A DNA stretch of 64,000 bases from Antedon mediterranea (taxonomy: Eukaryota; Animalia; Echinodermata): positions 30,318,001 to 30,382,000 of the forward strand of contig NC_092674.1 in the NCBI RefSeq assembly GCF_964355755.1, written 5' to 3'. The first letter of the stretch is position 1. Each line of letters begins with the position of its first letter. Shown here piece by piece: positions 33,746 through 46,754 of the stretch. Below the pieces are notes generated by a model. That model was not told the DNA's origin. It was given only the letters and a program-made list of their open reading frames with translations, and ran no database searches. The position numbers and the translations under genes were made by a program.

Positions 33746-36060
33746 ATGTGGTTTGAACAAAAATGGTTGCCTTTTCCTTTGTTAAACAGTAAGTAATTGT
33801 TATGTTTCGTCTTTTGTGGCCATTTTAACATACATTCATACCAATTTTTAAAACGTAAAGCATCACATTTAGTAAATTCAGACCATCATAACAGGGTGTT
33901 AACATTTTGTTTGAGTTGTACCAGTTCATACAGGAACAATAATGCATAATAAAGGATTCCCTCAAGTAGAAAACATGATTGCTATACTAAACTATTTAAA
34001 CTACTGTGCTGTTTGGCAGTTTTCAAATATTAATAAATTTAAGATATCCTTATCACTCAATTCATGTACAAAATACAATAATGTTTTAAACCCTCTACTG
34101 ATATCACCCTTTGAACAATAATTTGTATTAACTATAATTATAGATTAATCTACAACCAACAAAAGACATCTTCATTTGTGTTTGTTTTGTACCCATTGTA
34201 CATATTCATACAAAAACACAATACAGTACATAATATGATTCCCTCAAGTAGAAAACATGACTATGGTATTTACTATTATTACTATTATTAAGTAAATATA
34301 TTGGGAAGTATCCTACATTTGTACAATTTTTTCTTGCAGCCCAAGAAAATGATTTAATGAAATGGAAACTAACAGGAGGACAGGATGAAAATTGGTTAAA
34401 AATTGCAGATTATTTAAGTAAGTTTAACAAAGTCGATCAAAAAGACAATTTGTAACACTCAACACAGTGGCGGATCCAGAGGGAGGAGCACCCTCCTCAC
34501 GCCCCCTATAAATCTGGAGAAAAAAAAATTATCCTACCATAAGGAAAAAATTGGGAAAAAAGGCGTAAAAAAAAGTAAAGTACTTTCACTTTTGATTAAA
34601 ACACATTGTTTCAGCGCCGTGCTAATTTACTTCTTAGTAGAGGTCACCATAACCGTTGCTGTCTGTAAGAGTTGCGAAATGAATTTCCTATTTTCACCTG
34701 AAAAATAAACGCATTTTGGTCCCTGGATGTAACATGGTATTGACACGTGTATCGTACTCATACACAGCGAGGTGGGTATGAACGATTCGTACAAAGGACA
34801 CATGTTTATTGGAGGGAAAAAGTATGATCGTTTTGCTCATTGGTAGCATGCTACATATGAGAGTGTCTTTTCCTGCAAATTAGTGGTGCCATTTATCATG
34901 AATTTTATGTGCGAGAGTACCATTTCCGGCCATCTGGGGCGTCATTTACAAAGTTCGCTTCGCCACAGGTCCTGTCGACAGCCCTGGACAAGCACCTTTT
35001 TCCGCCATGTACGTGCAAACGCTGACTGCGCGAAACACCCTGTTGTGACGCTTTTACACAAAATAGGTCTATGGGGAAAATGTCACCCTTTAATAGGCTA
35101 GTACCTCAGTTTTCATATTTAAAATATCAATTTTTAATACATTTATTTAACGTAAGAGTGCCATTTCCGACCATCTAGAGGTGTTATATTTTCAAAATCG
35201 CCTCAACTCAGCCCCACAATGGTTGGGTTGGTGTGGCCTCTCTACAGTTGCGCCTCCCCTTTCACAAAATCCTGGATCCGCTCCTGCAACAGGCGTCAAA
35301 AGTTGATGGTATCAGCATTGTTTTTATTTTACGCAACTCTAGTTTATTGAATTATTTGAATATAATGCCTTTTACAAAATGAATTTCATAAAATATGTCC
35401 AATATTGAATTGTTTGAACATATTGAAATTGGAACATGGTTCCTGTACATATTTTGTAGTTTTTATTTAATGTTAATCAGAAGTACTTCATAAATTGTTA
35501 CTGATCTTGTTGTAATAATAAAGGATTAAAATTATATTTCAGTATAATCTTGTAAAAAATTGTTTGTAATAAAATTGAAAGTGATATTAATGCACTAAAT
35601 TTCTTCTGCTCCTCAATACTGTCCTATCATTGGCCAGTATACCTCTGTTGTGAAACTCGACTAAAAGCCCAACCTTGTTATTTTAAGTCGAACTGCAAAC
35701 TTCGACTACTTCTTTTATGAATCGAATTTGAACTACGACTGAAGTCCGGTTTAAGAATATGGGCTGAAAACCGCATATTTCATTCGTATTTATAGAAATA
35801 ACTTTTTTTTTCTGTTTATAGAATTCCTCTGTGGAAATCCCAACACTAAAGATTGTGATCCCACAAGTATTTTTCAAATATATAAATTAGTGCACATTGA
35901 TTTATATTTTATATATTTATATATTATATTTATCAAAATTTATAAATATGGCCTGAATTTTGATTTTAAAAATAAAAATATTATAAAAATTTATATCATT
36001 ATCAATGTCAATGGAATAAAAATTCTTATACTTATAAAAATATATATCTATTATATATAA
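33746..36060 (+). CDS. Nested orphan gene copy 1, predicted 119 aa with an Ile/Tyr-rich C-terminus
   Basis: ACC-ATG at 33746. Exons 33746-33788, 34340-34417 (78 nt, phase 1-1) and 35822-36060 give MWFEQKWLPFPLLNTQENDLMKWKLTGGQDENWLKIADYLKFLCGNPNTKDCDPTSIFQIYKLVHIDLYFIYLYIIFIKIYKYGLNFDFKNKNIIKIYIIINVNGIKILILIKIYIYYI*. The last exon has 78 stop-free codons in very AT-rich DNA. Confidence 0.6.
34465..35286. mobile_element. hAT-like MITE with a 5-bp TSD
   Basis: Termini CAGTGGCGGATCCAG...CTGGATCCGCTCCTG, flanked by CAACA at 34460-34464 and 35287-35291. Confidence 0.85.
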
Positions 36061-37889
36061 AATTAAAACAATTAAACTAAAAATTTATTCATTCATTTAT
36101 TCAAATAATTAATGAAATAAATTATAGTCATACATTATAGTTTTATACAATTAAAAAAAATATTTTGAATCCTACATTTTGGGTCACAAAAAAACATACT
36201 GTGGAAGGAAAACGAAAATGAATTGGAGGGTTAACATGGACAAACATGCCATTCTACCAGCTTCTGGATTCCTGCTAAAGACTGTCAAAGTTGGAAGGAC
36301 TTGGTGCACTGTACCTCATCTACTACACCCCTACAATCTTCACAAGATAACTAGAACTATTGTACATGACTAAGCCAAGTTTGAAGAATTTAAAATAAAT
36401 GTTATGCCTGTGAAATAAAAAAAAAAAAAGTTTTTTTAATGTTGATCTATCTGTTTTTTTTTTTGTCATCAAGTTTCGTAACCCATCCAACATAAACATT
36501 GGTAGAAGTGCTATACATACTGTATTTGGTGTGGTTCTACGGTTCAATCTAGTCTATGTTCTAAACAGCGATGTTTTGGCTTAATATTGGTAAATATATT
36601 ATTTGAAAAAACATCCCATTTTGAAAAAAAGCTTCCATAGAACATCGTTTGGAAAAAAACCCGCCTTAGAATAAACGCCTGCCAAATGCATACTGTATAT
36701 ACACAATATTGCATGATATTACATGACTTATGTTTTATATCGGTAAAATATAAGATTTGACATACCCTCGAGTATGATATTTTGCTCTCGGTAATTTATT
36801 TCCCTCAGCTTGCGCTTCAAGATATATATTCCCTCAAGCAAAATATCATTCCCTCTGGGATGTCAAATCTTATATTTCACCTCTAAGCAGGCAATATCGA
36901 TAACAACAAATTTGTATTTGTTGTTTTATCGGAAATATATCGCAGAGCCTTTTTGTTCAGTGTCTTTTATGTGATGAGCATCCTCTTATGTTGATATAAA
37001 GTTTGCAATACACCATGTATATTAGTTCTGAAAAGATCTGTTGAGTTTTTCTACAATTCGATCAATATACTATGATCGTCCTCAGTAGTGAGTATGCAAA
37101 ACGTCCAGGAAACTGGAATACATAGGTGAAATTGGGTGGGAGCATAATCTTGAAAATGATGAGTCTGTCTGGTAACAAATGCAATTCACAAAGAACAGGT
37201 TTGATGTGTTAACTACTTTTTCTATTTGAATTGCAAATAGTTCCGTTTGCTTTATTTTATTTTGTATCTACATTGAGATCCAATCACTGATACCCACACC
37301 ATTGTCACTTGTTTCAGTAATTTGTCTTTGGATTTATATATTAAAATAAACTTGAAATCTATGATGCTTTCAACTTTAAAAAATTCTATCCACAATATAT
37401 GAACTTTTTTCTTTACAGTACTTTCAATATATATGTTATTGTACCTTTAATGCAAATTAGTTGATAATTGTTAATACTATACTGGGCCTCTTTTGAAATC
37501 AATGCTTTGCCCTGAAAAGTATCATTCAATATAAATATTGTGTTACACAAAAACCTAATGAATTCATGCAGTAGAAAACAAACAAGATTCCACAATGATT
37601 ATTTAAATATCAGAATATTCCATTCACAAGAATTAGTCAAGAATGACATCAAAATAGATGTAAAGGGTCATGATCAAAGGTGGTCCTTTCATCGAATCAA
37701 CCATCAACATTATATTATTATTCTTTCTTTAATTCCATTCATAAACATTAAAAAACATAAACATGCATAAATAAGTATAATACAAAGAGAAATAAAAGAA
37801 TGGAAAGGAAAAATCTCCCTGTTACAAAAAAAAAATATACCGGTATAAGTATTTGAATATTTCTACCTAGCTGAAATCTGTGAAACTCA

Positions 37890-38178
37890 TGTTTGTTATT
37901 ATTTATATGGGGCTACCTCTTCTCTCCCAGTTGGTGATCAGTGGCTGTGTGTGCACTAGTACACCAGGGTAATCCCCTACTCGTTTCAAAAGATGTACTA
38001 GGTTCTTTAAGGTGCATATGAGCTAGATGTGTACAGTGGACATACTGTACAGTTTATAGTCCTTATCCGAGAAGACTTGTTCTACCACCAGAACCATGGA
38101 GCGAGTGAGCCTCGAACCCCTGCCAATGTTATTTCTACGTTATTACAGTTCCACTGTGTTAACCGCTCGGCCATGACC
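37890..38178 (-). mobile_element. tRNA-derived SINE upstream of each nested gene (also ~31945-32100, ~44545-44827, ~53335-53617, ~59165-59452)
   Basis: The minus-strand head has box A TGGCCGAGCGG and box B GGTTCGAGGC, then a body (CTCGGATAAGGACTATAAAC) and a (AAT)n tail. It was duplicated with the cassette. Confidence 0.75.
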
Positions 38179-39358
38179 AATACCTATTTCCGGAAGTGAA
38201 ATTGTAAGGGACAATTCAAGCTGAATAGTGATGAAATACAGTAATATTTTTTATGAACGTTCGTTTGACTTATGTCATAATCACGTGATCAAAGGGGACC
38301 AATCAGCACTGGTTCTCTACTCAGAAGCTGTATAGAAGAACAATTTTCTAGCCTAACGAAAGAAGACTCTCCAACGGTAGGTGTTAATTTTATTATCAGA
38401 TTGTAGTTAAGAGTTAGTTAGTTACAAAGAATTTCTTAAACAGTATTTTCAATATGTTTGTTGAAAATAACTTTATTTAATAATTATAGTTAGTTGAAAT
38501 CCCAAACTTCTGTACTAAATAGTATGGTTCTTCACATGTAGTAAATGCATTTGTAACTAGCCTAGGCCTCGCTTATAATCAGTCTCTGGGCTACACAACA
38601 GTACACCAGTAATTATTATAGTACAATTCTTATTTCGGATGTTATATAATTCTCATACATAGTGTATGACACAGCAAAATAGATTACTTTATTACTATTT
38701 TAACATAAGTTAAACTTTTTATGGTAGGGTTTAGTTGCATCTTTGATGAAAACTACCACAGGCTAGATCCAAATAAATACCACCTATATCACTCATCAGA
38801 TCTAATGTATAAAATGAGAAGAGATTTCACTCTGAAAATGATGTGTTCTATAAAAAGTTAATCTATATAACTAATGCTTAATTAGTCTGAAATATCTAGA
38901 CACAAGAAAACCTTCTAACTCTAGAATATTCCACAGAATGTAGATTTGATAACATTATAGCAAAACCCTGCGGTATTGTTTCATATTTATCTTTAGTATG
39001 ATAAAATTAAGGGTTGTTGCAATCATAATTTTTCACTTTCATTGCTAGGTTTTTACATTTAAAAATTTGATTTTTCATCCTTTTAGATTTGTCGAGAACA
39101 ATAAAACCTGACACCTTTCACTAAAACCCAGTTGCTCAAACAGAGGTTGCAAAAAGATCATCTAAACGCCACGGAAATGGGGATTAACAGTAAGTAATTA
39201 TGTTTCGTCTTTTGTAAGCATTTTAACATACATTCATACAGGAACAATAATATCTAAATAAAGGACTCCCTCAAATACAGTAGAAAACATGACTGCTATC
39301 TACTAAACTATTTAAACTCCTGTGCTGTTTGGCAGTTTTCAAATATTAATAAATTTAA

Positions 39359-39985
39359 AGACCCCTTCCCTGCAATTTTGGACGTTTTTTGGAAAATAAT
39401 ACATATATATCACTTTAAAAACATTAAACCATGTCATTCCTTGTCTTAAATGTACGTTTTATGGTAAATTATGATAAAAAGTGAGAAACAATGCACTACC
39501 TAAAGTAGCTCGCGGCGATCGACCTCTCGTGGACGGTCTTAGGCCTAGCCTAGCTAGGCTTAGTTTTGTAGGCCTAGCTGGTAAACATCGGTAACGTACG
39601 AACATCGTACGCGAGCTATATACCTAGCCTGACGTTGTATAGTTGCTGCATTAATTGTCTTTCTATTTTTTCCAGACTCCGTTGATACAAATTTGGGAAA
39701 ACCCGGTATTTTCGCTGAAAAGTTAGTGGTCTTCCATTGGTTTTGGCCTCACGATCAATCGAAAAGTGGGCGAATTACAGGTGAAAAACAAAAATATCAA
39801 TCCGCGCGCAATGCATTTTGGGATTTATAGCGGGCCGCTATAATTATTAGAATCGACTTATTTTTCACATTTTTAACCGTTTAAAGACGAAAAAAGTTAT
39901 CGCAATAGGACCATATAGTATTATTTTTACATTAAATATAGTTTGTGATCTTAAATTAGATCTAAAAAACGTAGGGAATGGGGCT
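39359..39985. mobile_element. Kolobok/piggyBac-like non-autonomous element with TTAA TSD
   Basis: TTAA-AGACCCCTTCCCT...AGGGAATGGGGCT-TTAA. The paralogous empty site (AAATTTAAGATATCC) is at ~34035. Confidence 0.85.
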
Positions 39986-40029
39986 TTAAGATCTCCTTAT
40001 CACTCAATTCATGTACAAAATACAATAAT

Positions 40030-40540
40030 AGGGAGGTTTAGCAACCTTATGAATACGATAACGAAAACGGATACGTCACACATTTGTGAAACTTTTGAGC
40101 TGATCCCCATTTCATATTCGTAAAGCGTATTCGTGTTGACGAATATCACCAGTCATAATTCGTAACTACAAAACGAGTATAGTTTTTGATCTATTTTGCA
40201 CATTTTGCATTTGAATCAGGAATGATTCATGATTATAATATAATTATACTTTTATTGAAAGTAATTGACTAAAGTAATTTACTAAAATGCCAGGTCAATT
40301 TTGATAAATAGCAGTTTTTAAAGTCCTCACTCGCTTTGATGTTACGCTAGGCCTAGGCAGTCAAGCACCAAGCAACACGTACCTGCACTTCGCTCAAATT
40401 TACCGCAGTCATATTTTGGACGGCGCCCTTAATATTTTGTTGCCATGCGAAACAGGATTTTACTGGCTTACGAAAAACGAATACGTGTGCGTGACGTATC
40501 CGTTTTCATTATCGTATTCGTAAGATTGCGAAACTTCCCT
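40030..40540. mobile_element. TIR MITE with a 3-bp AAT TSD
   Basis: ~50-bp TIRs (AGGGAGGTTTAGCAACCTTATGAATACGAT... / ...ATCGTATTCGTAAGATTGCGAAACTTCCCT). The empty paralogous site (CAATAATGTTTT) is at ~34076. Confidence 0.85.
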
Positions 40541-42369
40541 AATGTTTTAAACCCTCTACTGATATCACCCAATAATTTGTATTAACTAAGATTAATCTAC
40601 AACCAACAAAAATACACCTTCATTTGTGTTTGTTTTGTACCTTTTCTACAGTTAATACAAAATAACAATACAGTACATAAATATAAACTAAGCTATTTAC
40701 TATTATTGTTAAAAGGTAACAATTTTGGTGATGTATCAGGGAAAAATTTCATTTTAAAATTTTGTTTAGCAATATTGCTAATCAAACTGATTTTTGAGTC
40801 AAGGAACATAGTTTTGTATTGTATTTTTTGCTATACAATTTTCAAAATGTGTAGCAATAAGGTTGTTTTGTATAGCTTTTTGCTATGCTACACTGGCGAA
40901 ATTATTCCCTGTGTATCCAACATGTGTACATTTTTTGTTCTTGTAGACCGTGTAACACCAAAAGAAGATGCATTGTATTTGCTTGCAAATATGAATTCTA
41001 TTAATCAAACTAAATGTCAAACAAACCAAAAAGATCTTGAAAAGACAGAAAATTGGCGGCTACTCAACATAAAAAAGTCACCAACATCTGATGGTTAGTT
41101 TTTATTTTACACAACTCTTGTTTATTCAATTATTTGTTTGTTTTTTGTAATAAAATGGAAAGTGATATTAATATATATACTTTTTTTTCTCTTTCTGTTT
41201 ATAGAAGTCATCTTTTTTTTTCTCTTTTGTGGTGTTACTATTCATTTCATTCTCAAGTGATCAATTATTGAATACAATGATTTTATACATCTTTCTAATA
41301 TATATTCCATTGTTATTCTGACTTTTTTTCCCCGTTATCTTATATTTTCTCATATTCTTCATACAATTTGATCAAAACAATTTGATCAGTAGCATGTTTA
41401 TAACATTCTATACTTCATATACCTTTGTTGTTGTATCCACCTTTTTTCATAATTTCATTTTATTTTGCTATTTTTCTCTATATCTAAAACTTGAATATCA
41501 AAATGTATTAAAAAACATTGTTTTATATTTATCTCTTATAGGAGTAATCTTTGAAAATAGACCTAAGAATTCCAGCTTGGGAATGTTTTGTGAAAATGCT
41601 TCCACTATAATATATTATGGGTTTTGTAACTTTAAAATATATAATGAAATTTACTTTGATATACATTTTGCGGTAAATTCAGAAAATAAATATATTATCA
41701 CCATTTATATCATTATTGAAATAAATGGAATAAAAATAGTCATAATTATAAAAATACAAATGTATTCTATATAAATATAAAATTTAAAAAATTTAAATTA
41801 ATTTGAAATAATAATTTGTTAAACTATATTTAATTCGTCACTATGACAAATTAGGTTATGCATTGATTAAAATAAAGATAATTGATTTGTAAAAGATATA
41901 TTCATGAGGCAAAACTCTCCCTTAGCAGAAATGGTCCACAGGCCTGTCAAGAGTGACTGCCCATAAAACACACAATTGTAATTTGATTATATTAACTGCC
42001 CATCAAATACAACCCAAGGGTACTATTAGGTCATTTACAACAAGGTCACCTGGACAGCTCATGAAAATTCCTACATGGTTTTCAGCAATTTCTGTAGTGA
42101 AGTGTCTGTCACACTTCAGCTGGCCTCTCATGTGTGTCAAGATAAACAATCAGAACTGGTAAATTGTTTAAAACAGACCAAGATTTATTACCCAGATTTT
42201 TTCAAAAACCCGGGTGAAATGGACTGATTCTGCTAAGGGAGAGAAATGCCTAATGTTGTTTAATTATAGGTTATGCATTCATTAAAATAAAGATAATTGA
42301 TTTATAAAAGATATATTGTTTAATTATAGGTTATGCATTGATTAAATTGTTATATAAATAAATTGTTAG

Positions 42370-42567
42370 TTGTGACCTTGACCCATGACATTTTTCCCTC
42401 AAATTTCGAACTCGTCTGAGCTTTTGGGGCATAGATCATTGTTGCCAAATTTGGTGAGAATCGGATAAAAACTGTGGCCTCCAGGCTGTTCACAGACACA
42501 CACACACACAACACCCAAACACACAAACATACAGGGGTGAAAATATAACCTCCTTGGCGGAGGTAAT
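42370..42567 (+). mobile_element. 3' fragment of a pearl/HINE-like element
   Basis: GTGACCTTGACC core, (AC)n/ACAG microsatellite and terminal hairpin ACCTCCTTGGCGGAGGT, within short AT-rich tandem repeats. Confidence 0.6.
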
Positions 42568-43289
42568 TATAGGTTATGCATTGATTAAAATAAAGATAAT
42601 TGATTTGTAAAAGATATATTGTTTAATTATAGGTTATGCTTTGATTAAAATAAAGATAATTGATTTGTAAAAGATATATTGTTTAATTATAGGTTATGCA
42701 TTCATTAAAATAAAGATAATTGATTTATAAAAAATATATTGATTGATTGATTTTGTCAGAATCTTTAATCATTATATTACATAGCCTATGTAAATATGTG
42801 AACGTGATTGGTTGAAACTGCATCACATGACTACTGCTGCAAGGATCGTAAATCGTATATATCCTCGAGTACGATGATATTGACTGAGTAATTTTCGCGT
42901 AATTATCGTGTCCCTGTCATTAAACATATAAAATTCAGCAAATTCTCGAGTACGATGATATTTGACTGTGTAATTTTCGTGTGGCAACACTCGCGTTTGG
43001 CGATAAATAAACAAAAGTCATCTACTGAGTCTTGAACTTGCGATGAAATTGTCAATCCATCACAAAACAACCCTTCAACCGCTGCGCTACGGAACTGGCT
43101 TGAAGAAATTAATCAACTAAACTATTTAAGCTATGCATATACATAGCGCCCTCATTTGTTATTAGTCCTCCCTAGATGTGATGAAACACCGTTTGTGATT
43201 GGTCAATACTCACGCTAGTAACTAGTACACGCTGAACATCCGGTGATTAGGCTCGAAGAAGACGAATTGTTTATTTGGCCTACCTGATT

Positions 43290-43500
43290 TTATTAGGTGA
43301 TCATTTAGAATAAAATGATCACCTATTGTTATTGTATGAAATCTTTATTAGGTGATCATTTAGAATAAAATGATCACCTATTGTTATTGTATGAAATCTT
43401 TATTCTTTCTGTACACTATTTTGTGTAACAATTATCTCAAAAAGTTGAATGTCAATGATCACATACTGTAACTTAATCCTAATAAGCTTTTCAGCGTGAT
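43290..43500 (-). mobile_element. 3' end of a HINE-like element with a doubled terminal hairpin
   Basis: The minus strand reads ACACAAAATAGTGTACAGAAAGAATAAA-GATTTCATACAATAACAA-TAGGTGATCATTT...AAATGATCACCTA, with the terminal module present twice (period 55). It is homologous to the 6852-6959 terminus. Confidence 0.6.
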
Positions 43501-45687
43501 CACTCATCCGTGACTCGACGGACGCAAAAAAAAGTTGTTGATAGATGACGTCATTTCAATCATGTCGTTGGTTGGCCAGAATCCATAATTACCGCGCGGT
43601 ATTTTCACAAAATTGAATCTCTTTCGATCCTGAGCGGATTTCCGCTCAACCGATCGTCCGCTCCGCGTTCTGTGTAAATGGTCATAAGAAATAACATAGA
43701 TTCTATTTTTGCGTTTTCCGCTCAACTTTACCGCTTACCGTTACCGCTCGTCTGCGTAAATTGGCCTTTAGTGAAAGTGATGAGTCTGTCTATTGGTAAC
43801 AATTTAATTCACAAAGAATAGGTGTAATTTGTTAACTACTTCTTCTATTATTTGAATGGCAAATAGTTCCGTTTGCTTTATTTTATTTTGTATCTACATT
43901 GAGATCCAATCACTGATACCCACACCATTGTCACTTGTTTCAGTAATTTGCCTTTGGATTTATATATATTAAAATAAACTTGAAATCTATGATGCTTTCA
44001 ACTTTTTAAAATTCTATCCACAATATATGACCTTTTTTCTTTACCGTACTTTCAATATATATCTTAGTGTACCTATTCTTAATGTAAATTAGTTGATACT
44101 TGTTGATTGACTATACTGGGCCTCTTTTGAAATCAATGCTTTCACACTGAAAAGTATCATTCAATATAAATATTGTGTTACACAAAAACCTAATGAATTC
44201 ATGCAGTAGAAAACAAACAAGATTCCACAATGATTATTTAAATATCAGAATATTCCATTCACAAGAATTAGTCAAGAATGACATCAAAATAGATGTAAAG
44301 GGTCATGATCAAAGGTGGTCCTTTCATCGAATCAACCATCAACATATTATTCTTTCTTTACTTCCATTCATAAACATTCAAAAACATAAACATGCATAAA
44401 TAAGCATAATACAAAGAGAAACAAAAGAATGGAAAGGAAAAATCTCCCTGTTACAAAAAAAAATATACTGGTATATATATTTGAAAATTTGAAAAAGGCA
44501 CAAGGGAATGGAAATAATTTCTACCTAGCTGAAATGTGAAACTCATGTTTGTTATTATTTATACGGGGCTACCTCTTCTCTCCCAGATGGCTCAGTTATG
44601 ATCAGTGGCTGTGTGTGTACAGAGGTAACCCTACTCAAAAGATGTACTAGGTTCTTTAAGGTGCATATGAGCTAGATGTGTACAGTGGACATACTGTACA
44701 GTTTATAGTCCTTATCCGAGAAGACTTGTTCTACCACCAGAACCATGGAGCGAGTGAGCCTCGAACCCCTGCCAATGTTATTTCTACGTTATTACAGTTC
44801 CACTGTGTTAACCGCTCGGCCATGACCAATACCTATTTCCGGAAGTGAAATTGTAAGGGACAATTCAAGCTGAATAGTGATGAAATACAGTAATATTTTT
44901 TATGAACGTTCGTTTGACTTATGTCATAATCACGTGATCAAAGGGGACCAATCAGCACTGGTTCTCTACTCAGAAGCTGTATAGAAGAACAATTTTCTAG
45001 CCTAACGAAAGAAGACTCTCCAACGGTAGGTGTTAATTTTATTATCAGATTGTAGTTAAGAGTTAGTTAGTTACAAAGAATTTCTTAAACAGTATTTTCA
45101 ATATGTTTGTTGAAAATAACTTTATTTAATAATTATAGTTAGTTGAAATCTCAAACTTCTACACTAAATAGTCAGCATGGTTCTTCACATGTAATAAATG
45201 CATTCTTAACTAGCCTAGGCCTAGCTTATAATTAGTCTCTGGGTTACACAACAGTACACCAGTAATTATTGTAGTACAATTCTTATTTTGGATGTTATAT
45301 AATTCTCATACATAGTGTATGACACAGCAAAATAGATTACTTTATTACTATTTTAACATAAGTTAAACTTTTTACGGTAGGGTTTAGTTGCTTATAGTAC
45401 AATGACTCATCAAAACTGACAATATAAAAGATTTCATCTTTGATTTAAACTACCACAGGCTAAGACCCAAGTAAATACCACCTATATCACTCATCCGATC
45501 TAATGTATAAAATGAGAAGAGATTTCACTCTGAAAAAAGATGTGTACTAAAAGTTAATTTATATAGATTACACTTAATTAAAACACTCTCTCATCATACG
45601 TTGGTCTTGATTCTTCATTCTGGTGAAAACATGTAGTGACCGCGCAGAGTAACTAAACAGTTTCATTTTTATTTTCTTGTAGCAATT

Positions 45688-46336
45688 ATGGATTTTGGTG
45701 ATACTAAAATTGATTGGTTTTTAAAAGATTACATCAAAAAGCCAATGTCTGAACAAGAAGCATCAAAGTTACAAAGTAAGTATTAGCAGTGTAAACGGTT
45801 TGTTTTTATTTTATGCAACTCCTGTTTATTCAATTTTCTATCCAGACGTGTGAAACTCGACTAAAAGCCCAACCTTGTTAAGTCAAGTAAAACTGCTTAC
45901 TTTGACTACTTCTTTTATGAATCAAATTTGAAGTGATAGATCGAACTAGCACGTTTGAAGTTGAAGTTCGGTCTATGACTAAAGTTCAATTGAAGAATAC
46001 AGGCGCAAAACCTCATTATATTTCATTCATATTCATAGAACTTTTTTTCTCTTTCTGTTTATAGAAATATTCTTTAAAAACCCTAATATTAATGATTTTT
46101 ATTCAAAAATTGGCATTACAAAAAATAATCTAAAATTGTTTGTGGAAAATAAAATCAAATTATATAAAGAAGGACAAAAATTTATTTTGTCAAATAAAAT
46201 TATTATAATAACTGTAATAATAATAATAATCATCATTATTATTGTGAATGATGTTATTATTATTTTTATCATTTTTATTATTATTTTTATTATAATAATA
46301 ATAATAATTGTTATTATAATAAAATTTAAGAATTGA
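45688..46336 (+). CDS. Nested orphan gene copy 3, predicted 119 aa with a poly-Ile tail
   Basis: Exon 45683-45775 (ATG 45688; MDFGDTKIDWFLKDYIKKPMSEQEASKLQ) splices in phase 1 to 46065-46336 (KIFFKNPNINDFYSKIGITKNNLKLFVENKIKLYKEGQKFILSNKIIIITVIIIIIIIIIVNDVIIIFIIFIIIFIIIIIIIVIIIKFKN*). This is in frame with the 46136 ORF. Confidence 0.6.
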
Positions 46337-46754
46337 AAAAAAAATTTGGAAAAAAAAAATATTATAATACTTATTTTATATAAAATTAAAACAATTGAAA
46401 AAACCTATTCATTATTCATTTTATCATTACTATTACGTTATAGATACAAAATTTAAAAAATGTAATGCTAATTTTGGGGTAAAAAATCAAATACAACATA
46501 AGATGCTCATCAAGACACTGACCAAAAAGGCTGAGACCATACTGATGAGGGGATAGTAGGATTTCTATGACCAGATAGACCAACTTATTGCCAAAACAAG
46601 CCTTCAAGCAAACTGTTTCAAGCCATCAAGCTTTGCGCTAACCATCCTCCAATGACCTGTGGAAGAAAAACGAAAACAAGGCTGTCCCAGAATAACTTGG
46701 AGGGATAACATCAACACCTGGACAAACATGTCATTCTACCAGCTTCTGTCAGAA

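Larger units (their letters stand above)
39177..41774 (+). pseudogene. Nested orphan gene copy 2, disrupted long hydrophobic terminal exon (or a truncated 71-aa product)
   Basis: Exons 39087-39189 (ATG 39177), 40947-41093 (147 nt, phase 1-1, open) and a terminal acceptor at 41205. The spliced frame stops at 41258-41260. The +1 frame is open from 41205 to 41774 except for one TGA at 41319, and ends in the family tail ENKYIITIYIIIEINGIKIVIIIKIQMYSI*. Confidence 0.5.

Noticed and set aside
34340-34417. Death-domain-like ENWLKIADYL motif
   Set aside because: Only a short resemblance. The other helices are absent and paralogous exons do not conserve it.
35990-36040. RHIM amyloid motif in INVNGIKIL
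   Set aside because: Lacks the (I/V)Q(I/V)G core, so the resemblance is superficial.
41205-41774. Possible NUMT (hydrophobic frame with TGA read as Trp)
   Set aside because: No recognisable mitochondrial protein motif. It starts at the family's splice acceptor and ends in the family's tail. A BLAST against the mitogenome would settle it.
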